In this document: piece by piece, positions 28,801-41,190 of the stretch
Layout: the number at the start of each line of letters is the position of its first letter
Numbering within the stretch: position 1 is the stretch's first letter
From: Utricularia gibba
Taxonomy: Eukaryota; Plantae; Magnoliophyta
Length of the DNA: 64,000 nucleotides
Assembly: GCA_002189035.1 (NCBI GenBank)
Contig: NEEC01000008.1
Coordinates: 2,976,001 to 3,040,000 of the forward strand
Reading direction: 5' to 3'
Made by a program: the position numbers and the translations under genes
Notes under the pieces: model-generated
The model's database searches: none
Seen by the model: only the letters and a program-made list of their open reading frames with translations
What the model was told of the DNA's origin: nothing

Positions 28801-29509
28801 TGACGGTCTCATGGACTTCGTTTGTTACCTCGCCTGCCTTGATCTCCTGCATAGGAAGCCTGAGGGAGGGTGCGCTGTATATACTATGATATATGCAATT
28901 TGTGTGGCTTCATTTTATACTTCAGTCAGGCAATAGATGTCTGGCTCTTAGTCTCTTGTGCCTTTTCAACACAAGAGTGCCCTGCCCCATTAGAAGAAAA
29001 TTCATTAGTTGCTGCAGCTATCCATTTTCTTGTATTTTGGGTCGTGAAGCTGTAGGTTAGGGTGTGAGATTTGTATCCACTCCCCCTGTGGGAAGATTGT
29101 GGAGGTGTGCGGTGGTTTGTCGTGTATTTTAGTTACTTTTCGTGTGTACATGACATGCTATTCTTTTGTTTATTCATCTGTTGGTTTGTGTATAATCCCT
29201 GTGCACTTATTCAGCCACTTGCTGCTGAAACTCTTTCTAATATCTAGAATGCATATGGAAACTCGGACCATAAGATGGCCTGATTAAGTGGAGAGATCCA
29301 GCTCTCATCAGAAGCGGTAAGGAAGAAATGTGTTAGACAGGATTATTGCGTCTGAGGGATGAGTCTTGCAACAAAGAGAAGGAAAACTCAGGGTCTTTCT
29401 GTTGCTACTCCAGTTCAGTGTTCACGTGGATCAGCTCCCTGAGGCAAACCAAACAATCTTTTTTCTGCGTATTGGTACATTACCATGAACCTGAATAATC
29501 AACCCACAA

Positions 29510-29530
29510 AAGCCAAGGATGAATTGCCCA
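29510..29530 (-). promoter_or_regulatory. miR169 target site in the NF-YA 3' UTR
   Basis: The plus strand reads AAGCCAAGGATGAATTGCCCA versus miR169 CAGCCAAGGAUGACUUGCCGR. It lies 20 nt after the NF-YA stop, the canonical location for this site. Confidence 0.92.
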
Positions 29531-29549
29531 GCCAGCCTGCAGCTGCACC

Positions 29550-30836
29550 TCACAACGCCTTCTCAACGCACAGTGGAGGAGGCGTAATGCCGGTTCCCAT
29601 TGTAAATGGGGCCGCTGCTTCCACTTGAGCTCCTCCTCCTTCACAGTAGTTATTTGGTTCCTTCAAGCTCGCCTTGTGATCAAACAGAAAGTCGTGTGGA
29701 GTTGGACTCGAGCTTGTCGAAGCAAGTGTGTCTGCTGACTCGCTCTGCTGCTGCTGCTTCTTGGTGCTTAGGAAACGCCCACCGCTCCCTCTCACTCTGT
29801 TGAGAGCATGCTGATGCCGAGACTCATGCAGGTAAGGCTGCACAAAGAAAGAGTCTCTAGAGCATCAGCCTCATCATTCATTCAAGCAAACACATGTAGC
29901 AACAAGCCCTTTAGTGAAATCAAACACCAACCAGTTCACCCGGATGGATTCGAGCATGACTAACTCAAATGTGTGACTTTTCAGAAACCAGTCCGGATTA
30001 TGACAGGGCAAGCAGACAAGTCTAAACCAGTTTGTTGAAGACATTGCCAGCACTTACTTTTCTGGTCTTCACCAGTTTGTTCTGAGCCTCAAGCTTTGCA
30101 CGCGTCTGTCTCCTCCTAAGTATGCCATGATACTGCTTAGCATTGACATATATGGGGCCATCCTCAGGAAGATCTGGAGGTAATGGGACCCGACCAAAAG
30201 CGGCACCCATCATATGGGGCTGAATCTGCTCGAAATTTTCAGCATAAACAGCAATCAACATAGAAGATTATCCACCGGGAGCTGGTTCAAAACAGAGGAA
30301 AAACTCACCACACTATGGTGTCCATATGCAGCAGCAAACACGCCACTGAAGTGGGGATCCGAGTAAGAATGCTGGAACTGCATCTTACATAAGACTTAAG
30401 AGTCACAACATATTTTAAATGAATGAGATTCAAATTTTAAACCAGATCCTTGAACTGAGCTTGCTCAACTGCCCCAATTTATATTCGCAAATTGTATGAT
30501 TTTGAAAAGATTCGGATGAAAAAAAATCTGTTCAACAATGTGACAGTAATTAGATGATCGAGATTATGGGAAGGTACCATTGGTTGGTTTATTTCAGCTG
30601 ATGAAGCATTGGTGAACATCTCTGGATTTCCCAGAAAGAAAGCACCTCTAATATCTTGTCCATGTTTCCCACAGCTTTCATCATGTGCTTAATCAAAGAA
30701 AACAGCAAATCAAAGTCTACTAATGAAGGACATACCAGCCAAGTTCAATGAAGAACCGAGTACTGACTGCATAGCAGGAGGAGTTAGTACCAGAGTCAGA
30801 TGAACCGCATTGATCCTGAGACGTGGTCTTTTCCAT
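29550..30836 (-). CDS. NF-YA: Nuclear transcription factor Y subunit A (CCAAT-binding)
   Basis: [68 protein letters not shown], with upstream exons [18 protein letters not shown]. The start at 30836 is the first in-frame ATG. Confidence 0.93.
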
Positions 30837-33800
30837 ATTTGGTAATTCAGGCTGCTTGAAGCTTCAATACTTCAGCTTTCCACCGCCTTTGACCAAACAA
30901 TCAACCCCTGAACTGGATCTTCTTCAAAGAACGCCTGTAAAAATTCTTCCAGATCAACAACTATTCCTGGGGCGGTAAATTCACTTGGAGTTGCTATGCA
31001 GCAAACATTAAGCCTCAAAAAAGGCAAACACGAATTCCTCAAAGGTTGTAGTATAAACATCAGTCAGGATTCTAAATAACTCGGCATGTGCTCCAATAAG
31101 AGCCAGAAGCAAACACAAAAGGATAGCAACACAATGCATTCAATATTGGTCAGCCGGGGGACCTCCTATTCAACCAACTACAAGGACATGAATGAAAACG
31201 AGAGTCATTGCACATAATTGAGAATGACCTCTGTGCAACTTTTACAGTTTACCAGTTCTACTCGTTACTCTGCAAAGAACTGTTATCTTGCAAATTAATG
31301 ACGGTGGTCACACAAAACAACAGTCCAACTACTCAGATGGTCCTTCTCAACGAGGGACTAAATATTCATAAACACAAGGAAAGGCACACAAGTAGTACGT
31401 CCCTGTTGATAGAAACTCTCAGCAAGGCCCAGTCTATCAAGGAAGAGAAACCTGGTGTCTAGGAATCTTCCCAAATGATACAGCACAAGTTTTATCAGCT
31501 AAAACAAAAGAATAATTTGGTGGATTGGTTCACCAATCCCATCATGCAACCATGATTTCTCAATGTACAGAGCAAAAGATTAGGAATCCCAAATGGAAAA
31601 GAATCTTTGGATATCGGAAGACCAATCCAATAACACCATAAAGTCCTGAGCAATCAAAATTTTATCTTGGCTCGGGAATACGGAAAAAAGTCAGCACCCT
31701 TTTTAGCAACCGCAAAAACCATAAAGCCCAACCCGTTTCTCTCCCAGAAAAACCCAACCACACAACATCAAAAACCGAGAATTTTGATAACCCCATGGGA
31801 TCACATCCCTCGAACGAAATTTATACAAGAAAGAAGCAAAAAACTAACAACTTATTGCAAATAAAAGAACCCCCATATTTATGGTTGAAGCAAGGGGCAA
31901 ACCAGAGAGGGTTACCTTAACTATCTGGCGGCGATACTTGGAGAACCAAGGGATACAGCTGTTGGTAAGAAGTTGGGCATGTCTCTTTTTTGGGGGCCTT
32001 CCAATGTTTTCTTTCTCACTACAAGATCCTTGAGAACAATCCCATTTCTCCTACATAAATACTGGTACCATTTCTGGGCTGATTAAAAAGTGGAGACGGG
32101 ACAGCAGGAGAGCAGCACTAGAGTACAAAAAATGATAAAGACAGAGACTGCCACACCACCCACCATCCTCCCACTCATGGCATCGTTATCAATGTCAAGT
32201 GCTTATTCTTTTCTTTTTTGTTTTGTCTCTTAGCACTTCAATCAATTGGGCCCCCACCATTTCTGCACTTGTTTCTTCCTTCTCCGCCTTCACGTTCACT
32301 TCAATCCAATTCTATTCACAAGCGATTTTTGCTGAGGTTGCAAGAACGGGCTCCATGGGAGGACCCCATTCCACGCTTTTCTACTGCTTCTGCTTTCCAA
32401 ATTTAGACTCCAAATGCAGAACAGATAAAAAATTGCTGCAGTATCTAATTCTAAAATAAAGGGAATAAATAATTTGTTAAAAAAAAACATGCAAAATTCC
32501 AAATATATGACTCATTATTTTATGTTTATTTACAAATATTTATATATAAATTAAATTAAATTCCATTTCCTGATTTAATTTAAAGGCATTTTTTCCCATA
32601 AAAGCAACTTTCAAATCCAATTGATTTAAATCATAGTTTTAATTTAGGGTTTGTTCTGATTCAACATAAACCCTATAATTAAAATAAATAAAGCGTCCAA
32701 AATTCCCAATTATTGGACAGAGGGGAAATTATTCTCAATATTTTGAGAATAGGGTACTTATTCTATAGAGTATTTATTCATTCTAAATATTCTGTTCGAA
32801 AAATTTAAATAATAATATTTTAAAATATAATTTAAAATATTAAATCAGATTAAAGTAGTATAAAAAAATTCGATCCAAGTTCATTATTAAATCGAAAAAT
32901 ATATTTAATTCGTTTTGAAAACCATGCGGAGAAGGCTCCATTAATGTGTGGCTCACCGGGATCACGGCTTGGGCCTTGGCCTATCTTTGCATATCGGAGA
33001 ATATGGGCTCTAGCTATGGAGCTCACATTCGAATTGGGTCTGTGAATAATTTTTAAGGTAAGCCCAGCATTTCACGCCCACTACTTGCACCCAATTGCCC
33101 CCTCGAAAGTGATGTAAAAGCATATCCATGTTTTAATATTGATCGAGAATTAAAGAGGCTAATCAGTATATGATACTGGATGAATTAACTAATTAATTGA
33201 TATTTTTCTATTACGATACACAAATTAATTAAGGAGAATTAAAAAATATTTGAAATATTAGTAACAGAATTTTAAAACCAGGAAACAAAAGGACAGTATA
33301 ATTTTTTTGGATTTTTAGGTGGTGTTTGATTCCCAAATTGGATTTAGGGCTTTCTTTTCTAAAAAAAAAGGTGTCATCAGAAAGTAGGGTTTTTTGGGTG
33401 GAAAAAACATTAGTACACCAAATATCAGGCATTGTTTATCGCTGTCCTAATGAGAAGAACAAAACTGTATGCTTGCTGTGCAAATGTCCAAAATAGTGGA
33501 TATTTTTGCTGGCTAATAAAAAAAACGAGTAAATCTGGTCAGAAAAAAGATGGGCGAAGTTTTTTACAGTAGAGTGAGAGACGGAGATGAAGAACTTTCA
33601 GATTTCCTTAATGCGCGTTTGTCATGCAGAAGAAAGACCTCAAAAAGTTGGCTCAAGCTCAGACGTCGTGTGTGTCTCATGGTGTTGTAAAGGGGAACGA
33701 ACCCTTTCTCCTTTTCCAAAGGGCTCTCTTCTTTTTCTCTTGTCGGGGTATTCCCAGCCCTTCAAGTGTTCCTTGTCAACCTTGCCAAAGGGCACCGTCG

Positions 33801-36207
33801 CCTCGGATTCTCACTGGTAATCAATGGCCGGCACTGCGCATTTGCTTCAGGAAAACACTTTTGCTTATGGCTTCCCCGAAGAAAGAGCACATCCTAGAGC
33901 TCCTGATCAGACACGAAGATGGGAGAGGAGGAAGTAAATGAAAAATCCACCAACAAGTCAACCGTTTAACTTTGTGTAACTGGTTTTTTATTAAGATGGT
34001 GAACTCATCTTACTCTCAAACCTATTAAAACAAACAATCTTAAATATATAAGTATATAAAAAATTACAGATCAATAATAATCGATTGAATTTAATCTTTT
34101 ATAATATAATCTACGTTTCTCATATACTTAAATTTAACATTTGATCATTTTATCCAACCCTTAATTTGAACGAAACCAACCAACTTTGTGAAGTATTTTG
34201 TTTTGGTTGGAGGGTGGGTGGAGTCCACATGGGGGTTGTTGCGTGTGCCTTGTAACATGGGAGTGCATCGGGGTGTGTGGCTCGGCGTTGCGCACAAAGC
34301 GAGACATGATGACCGCAGGCGTGAGAGGGGGTGTCTCTCCATCCCATGGCACCCCAACATGCTCATGCTTTGCTTTTAGGTACAACGAATCATTATGATC
34401 ACAACTTTACTGCAATACCCTAACACACATCCAAATTTCTTCTCCTATATACCCCACCCCACTACTTCATCACGTAATTATACGCCATTTGCACCTTATG
34501 ATATAACTCGTTAACTTAGATGAGTCAAATTACTGTACATGAGACATATTTTTAATGTAAATCACGTATTACGTCCCAATGGGCAAAATAAATTTGATAT
34601 TTTAAATATTTTAATTCCCTCAATATTTGAATACCATATATAATTAACGATATTCGATAAACTTGATAGGATTAGTTGAGGATTGAGTTTATTAATTTTT
34701 TAAAAAAAATAGAAAGTGTTAATAATCAATTATTTGAAACATTGATAACTATTTATGTTAAAATAATATACACTAGATCATTAAAAATCAATTTTGATAT
34801 AATTTTAAATTGTAAGAAATGATTTTCCAAACAGAAGATATATATTTTTATTATTTTAGGGGAGTGTGGGATTGGATTGATGTTCATGCACCCACCTTGT
34901 TCGGAGGTGAGTCATCGCGCGGGGCGGTTGTATTGTAACATACGCATTAAATGCGTTGGACCACCGGCAGGGGCAGCGGCAGCCACACCCCTCGCCTCGC
35001 ACTTCTCCTCTGCAATCTCATTTACTCTCCTGTCGCCTCTCGCTTTCACACCGCCCCGGCCCCGCTTCCCTATTCATTCCCATTTTACCATTTTCGAATT
35101 GACTTTTACCGTAACAATTTTAGATATTTAATGGAATTTTATGTACATATTTTAAATATCAAGACATAAATAAGCTTATTAAATTCGAATTAATTGAAAT
35201 GTGCAATGCCATGTATACTTCTTATCTTATAAATATGAGGTATATAGATGTTTGTAGAGTATTAGTAAAAATAAGAACCTAAGTCGATTAAATATTCGAT
35301 TAATTAATTTTATTGGACCATCAATTTTGATTCTTAATTAGTTCAGGGTCGATTTTTTATCAGTTTCGTTCGGTTTCCAAATAAAAACCGATTATAAATT
35401 TCTTATTTATATTTAAACATAAATCATATCAAATTTTAATTGTATTTTATTTTTTTGGTATATGAATAATAAATTTATATCATCAAATTTAATTAATATA
35501 TGTATTTTTTCATTAAAATGTAATATGTTACACAATTAATATTATAAAAAAATTATAAAAATAAAAAAATACTTGATTCAAGTTCGAATAAACGATTTAT
35601 AAAAAAAATAAACCCAGATAAATCCAAACCATTTTATAATTGATTTCTATAACTTTGAAGTTATACACACATTATTTATTATCAGTTCTAATTTATCAAT
35701 TTTTAAATGGTTTCCATTCTATTTGATTTTGGATGAACACTCCTAATGACACATACCAAGAAGTTTTCATGGTCAGTTCCACGTCATCCAAATTCTCAAG
35801 GTGGATTTTGGAGATTAAATCAGGAGATAAAAATAATTTCAAATATTTAAATCCGTTTAGTACAAAGTGAACCCCCCTAACTGAAAAGGTTGTCACTTAC
35901 CAGCTAAGATGTCTAACGCCTTAAAACATCTACTCATGGGAAGTGTTTCCATGTCGTGATGATTACTTAAAATGTTTTTATTTTTTAAAATATAATTTAT
36001 TTCCTAATTTTGGGCATTCTTTAATCCCCACGCTGGTGGCACCTCGAGTGCTCTCGCCCACTCAACTCTGTTTTCACCACTCTGTCTTTCTGGCAGGCCG
36101 CACGCGTGGTAAAATTTTGTGTCTTTTTTTCACTTCCATCGACAGTATAAATCCCGACTCCCTGCTTTCGAGCTCCACTCACTCAGTTCCAATCTTTTTT
36201 CATCGCA

Positions 36208-36974
36208 ATGGCTGCCAAGTACATTCCCTCCTTCTCGTCTTCCCTCCTCGAAGCCATCTACCGCTCCTCCGATGACCCCATCAGAGGCGGCGGCTTCGTT
36301 GTCCGGACGCGAGACGCGGCGGGGAGGATAGATGACGAAATCGAGAGCCTCCGGAGAGCCATACGTGTGGAGAAATGGATGGAGACGAATTTCCCGTTAA
36401 ATGAATCAGCCACGTTTGCCTCCTCTGGGAACGAAGCCTCTGCCCCCAAGCTGTCGAGGAGCAAATCCAGGGCTCTTAGAATCTACGACGAGTTCAGAAA
36501 GATGAAGGAGCCCATTTCCCCGGCGGCAGAATCATCAGCTTTCTCAACTCCATCTTCACTTCAAGAACCGCCAAGCAAGATCGCGTCGAGAAATCGAGAT
36601 CCTTCAAGGACGCGGCCGCGACGCCGTCACGCCCCTGCCTCGCAAAAAACCGCTCTTGTAAAAACAATAACTCCAAGTACTCCGTGAGATTCTGCTCTGC
36701 GGCAGTCGCGCCGGATACCCAAATCCCCAGCAACACAACTGGGGAAGTGAAAGGAACCAAGAAGAAGAAGACGGTGCCAAGCTTTTTGAGAGACCACAAG
36801 CCCCTTGGTGATTCCTGCGGCGGAAAGCTTAGCGGCGACCTGGATGACCGGAGCTGCTGCAGCTCCGATCTTTTCGAGCTCGACATAGTGGGCCGTGAAA
36901 TCTTAGAAGAGTTGCCGGTGTACGGCACCACCAGCTTGGTGGCGGCGAACAAAGCTAGTAGATTTGTAAACTAG
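36208..36974 (+). pseudogene. BIG GRAIN 1-like gene with a 1-bp frameshift (real lesion or assembly error)
   Basis: The first frame reads PSFSSSLLEAIYRS...EKWME...KSRALRIYDEFRKMKEPISP. The family continuation GGRIISFLNSIF...SVRF...CSSDLFELD...EELPVYGTT is in the -1 frame from about 36520. Confidence 0.8.
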
Positions 36975-38128
36975 TTGGTCTCAAGTGGTGATGCGATTCC
37001 GGGGGTATCTAATCTAATACGCCCATGGCCCACATAATTCCAGCTTGTAATTTAGTTGTTCATATTGCACATTAATTATTCTGTTTTTTTGGCATATCAT
37101 TTCATCTTATCTTATTCATGCTTTCCCACTTGCTTCACAAATCCTACTTATTAATGACCACAGGCATTAATGTGATTAAAGAATAACATAAAATTAAAAA
37201 TGTAGAATAAAAAAGTTGAGCCCCTCACTTGTAAATCCAAATCTAGTTTTGATTATGAATGAAATGTAATTTGATTAAATATAAATATTCTTTTAAATTT
37301 ATATACTGTCTTTTTTAAAAAATTAAAAAGCATAAAATTATAATAATTAAATAACTAAAACGGATAATATTGTATAAGAGGCCATTAAAAGTATGGATAG
37401 AAATAAAAGAATCATGCCACATCATTCAACACCTCTAACCAACAAATTTTGAATTTTGAAATGTACAGCAATGGGATAATAATACTTCAAAATTTTATTC
37501 TAACAAAATATAAACTGAATCATATATTTTATTAGAATTAATAAGCATTTTTAAATTTTATTTTTTTAAAAAAATAAAGATATTTGATAAAAAAATTAAT
37601 TTTGAAATATATTTTTTAAAATATTTAGTATAATATTTTATACTTCATTCTGGTATTTTCATTTGAAATAATAATTAATGGTTTAATAAACTCTTATTAT
37701 ATAAGTATATTTTAATAATATTTATGAATAAAAATTATAATAATTTTTAAATAATATAAATGTTATGAGAAAATATCTTTTTTGTTTCACTATAATTTAA
37801 ATATTAAATAATACACATTTTTAAATATTAACGATGGTTGATATTAAATTTATTTTGGACGTTGTACCAACTAAGGTGCAGGGTATAGCGATAGGGTGCG
37901 GGATCCGATTCTGCACATCCATCGAGCGCCTGAAGTCACGCGCCAGTCGGTCGTCGTTGGTAGCCGTTGGATGAAAAGAGTTTCTTCTCCGCGTGGATTC
38001 CACCCGTTCCACGCAGAATACCAAGAAAATTCAACAGAAATCCCCAAGATCACTTTGTGAGAATCCGAAATAGTAAAACCGAGTTCCACTGATCGCTGTT
38101 GCCTCACCGAATCCGCCGTTGGTGAACC

Positions 38129-39459
38129 ATGAGTTTCTTGTTCGGGAGAAGGAAGACTCCTGCAGGTGGGTTATCGGAGGACTTTCTTTTATGTTTTGAT
38201 AGTTGGGTCGATTACGTATTCATGATTGTTTTGGGAATCGATTAGATTAGGGAAATTCGGATTTGGGCGTTTCGCAACTAGTTGAGAATCATGATTTTAG
38301 TATTCATTTTGGGACGAAGCATTGGAAAATCGATGATTTTTTTTTTCTATTGAATCACGTTGTCAGATGTTGAGTTTAAAATTTTGGGCGTAAGGGAATT
38401 GAAATTTGAATCCGGTGATTCTAATTCTTGGGTTTGAGGCGTGTTGTTGCGTTCATTTGGTGGGTCTTTCATATGACTCGTCCGAATCGCAGAGCTTCTG
38501 CGGGAAAATAAGAGGATGCTTGATAAGTCTATTCGGGAAATAGAGAGAGAGCGGCAGGGATTGCAAACGCAGGAGAAGAAACTTATTTCAGAGATAAAAA
38601 AGAGTGCAAAGCAAGGACAAATGGTACTTCATCACTTGTTTTCATGATGACTATGGTTAAAGAGCATGGAAGTGTCATTCAGCTCCTTTACACATGCATT
38701 TGATCTTAAGTGAATTGATTGCAGGGAGCTGTTAAGGTAATGGCCAAAGATCTCATTAGAACAAGGCATCAGATTGAGAAGTTTTACAAGCTTAAATCGC
38801 AACTTCAAGGTGTCGCATTGAGAATTCAGGTGGGCATGTCAACATTCTGCTAGTTTAGTTTCCCGCTTCTTATCTTTGCAAACACTTGCGTGACGTAGAT
38901 ACGTGATTGATTTGTTGTTGCACAAAGCTGTACTTGGTGTCATTTTTTGTTATTAAATGTTCTGTTTTACCAGACTCTGAAGTCAACTCAAGCGATGGGA
39001 GAGGCAATGAAGGGTGTAACAAAGGCTATGGGACAAATGAATAGGCAGATGAACCTGCCATCCCTTCAAAAGATAATGCAGGAGTTCGAAATGCAGAATG
39101 AGAAAATGGAACTGACCAGTGAGGTGATGGCAGATGCTATTGATGATGCCTTGGAAGGGGATGAAGAAGAAGAGGAGACCGAGGAGTTGGTGAGTCAAGT
39201 CCTTGACGAGATTGGCATCGATATAAATTCAGAGGTACCAATACATTGCCTTCTCTGCAGCTCTCCATTATGTTGCAAACTTACATGAGCTCATGTGTAC
39301 GGATTTTATCCCTTTAAACAGCTCGTTAATGCTCCTTCCTCAACCGTAGCTGCCCCAGCTGGGAAAAATAAAGTCCTACAAGCTGAATCAACTGGGGCTG
39401 ACGATAGCGGGATAGACAGCGATCTACAGGCCAGGTTAGACAATCTGAGGAAGATGTGA
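38129..39459 (+). CDS. VPS2.1: ESCRT-III subunit VPS2 homolog 1 (CHMP2)
   Basis: MSFLFGRRKTPAELLRENKRMLDKSIREIERER...TLKSTQAMGEAMKGVTKAM...DSDLQARLDNLRKM*; five exons in phase. Confidence 0.96.
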
Positions 39460-41190
39460 ATTACAGTTGATATGTATTGCTAGTACAATTTGGAGTTCTT
39501 AGTGATAGAGGAACGATCTGCACTCGCTCATGTGAAATAATGTTCTTTATACTTCAAGCTATGTACAAGTGGATTGAGTGTGATTTTATGGGGATTCAAA
39601 TTCCCTCAGTAATTTGTGAACCATGAAAGAGGAGCATATTCAACTCTTCCTAGAAGGGTTATAAGATATGAAAATGAGAACCATCCAGGTGCCGACAGAC
39701 CTGTGTACCGACCTGCTATGACACTGAAGTATAAAAACAGATGAATTGGGTGTTTCAAAGAAGGGTCTAGTTCCAACATTGAGGGCTTTGGAGGTTCTCC
39801 CATGGCGGTTCACTCTCTTTCTTTTTGAAGTGCTGAATCTTGTATCTTTTGTCAATTTCATAGTACGTGTCTTCCTCACAGGTTCCAACTCATCCATTTG
39901 GCAGATAATACTACATTGGAAAAAATCCATCTGAAGCATCAACATTCAGTGAATAAATGCTCTGAAATTAAACAGGAGATTTCATATATTTTTATTAGGG
40001 TGCTGGCGGTAGGCTGCTCCTGCTCAGACTGGGTAAGAGGCCAGAATCAGGCCAATTGTTGGGCCTGGCTCCCACGGGCCGAGAAAACCGAATACGACAC
40101 CGTGTCTCCCCCAATTTAGAAACTCCCTCTGCGTTCTTTTCTTGCAGACCTGCACCATCGTGTCTCTCTCCTGTCTAGGTGTTCTTCTCCATTTTGTCCA
40201 GCTCTTCAACCTTAAGTTGGCAAATTCGTATTTTTCAAGTATTTAGGCTCCGTGAATTGCTAGATTCCCTTCCGTTTTCAGTCTTTGGTGCTCTGTACCG
40301 GTTGGCTGAAATTCGTCGCGCGTGGGCGAGGCATTTTCCTGTAATTCTTGGAGTTCGTAGATTTTTTTCCAGAGATTGATGAATTCATCGAAACGTTTAG
40401 GGGGAATGAGTGGCTTTTTTGGTGCCTCACTCGAAAACTTTGGTGTAACGCCAATTGTTTTGGTTGAAGTTTGAGCCCCCGTCCTACAATATGTGTGCTT
40501 TAATGTTAGCGCCAATTGGATTCACCAAAAAGAAGGTAAATTTTGGTACGAGACTCTTCCGGTTTTCACTTTTTTTTTTCTTTTTGAGTTGAATATGCCA
40601 GCTCGATTCACCGAAAAGAAGAAAATTATGAAGTTCTTGTGATTATATTCATTTACACTTTGTAAGCTTTTTGCTGATTTTTCATTGTTGTGGTTTTCTT
40701 TGCGTAATTTCCAGTGGCGGTGCGTCAGTTTTTGAGTTATGAGTATGGATGATTATTCAATGTGACTTCTTGGAATGCTGCTTTCTCCCTTGACAGAAGC
40801 TATGAATTCGTGTAAATGGGAACCTTCTTGCAGAGGTATCGCCATATTTTTGGGTTTCTTTTTACGTCTTGTTTGCAGAAAGATGCCCTTTTGTACTAAT
40901 AAAGAAGTGGAGAGTAACCGTTCCTGTCTGTGTTAGGTTAGGTAACTTCATAAGATTTTTTTACATGATTGTTTTATGCTTATTGTTTAAATATTTGATT
41001 GAATATTTCATTGTTTTACAGGAGGTGCTTTCAGAATGTCACTGTGAAATAGTGAATATATATTCGTTCAAGTTTATTCTGTTTATGGATATGTACAAGT
41101 CTTGTCTTTGCATTTGTATTTTGGACGTCATCATGCCCTCAGCACAATTTCTTTGTGGTGCAGATCTTATTGAGTCGGTTTAAGTGAATA

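Noticed and set aside
33587-33941. Two overlapping short ORFs, one containing LPKG (IDA-like?)
   Set aside because: No signal peptide and no PIP/SGPS..HN motif; no known miRNA or TAS sequence recognised.
34188-34398. GC-rich patch with partial self-complementarity (possible MIR)
   Set aside because: Pairing is short and interrupted, with no match to conserved miRNAs; more likely regulatory DNA.
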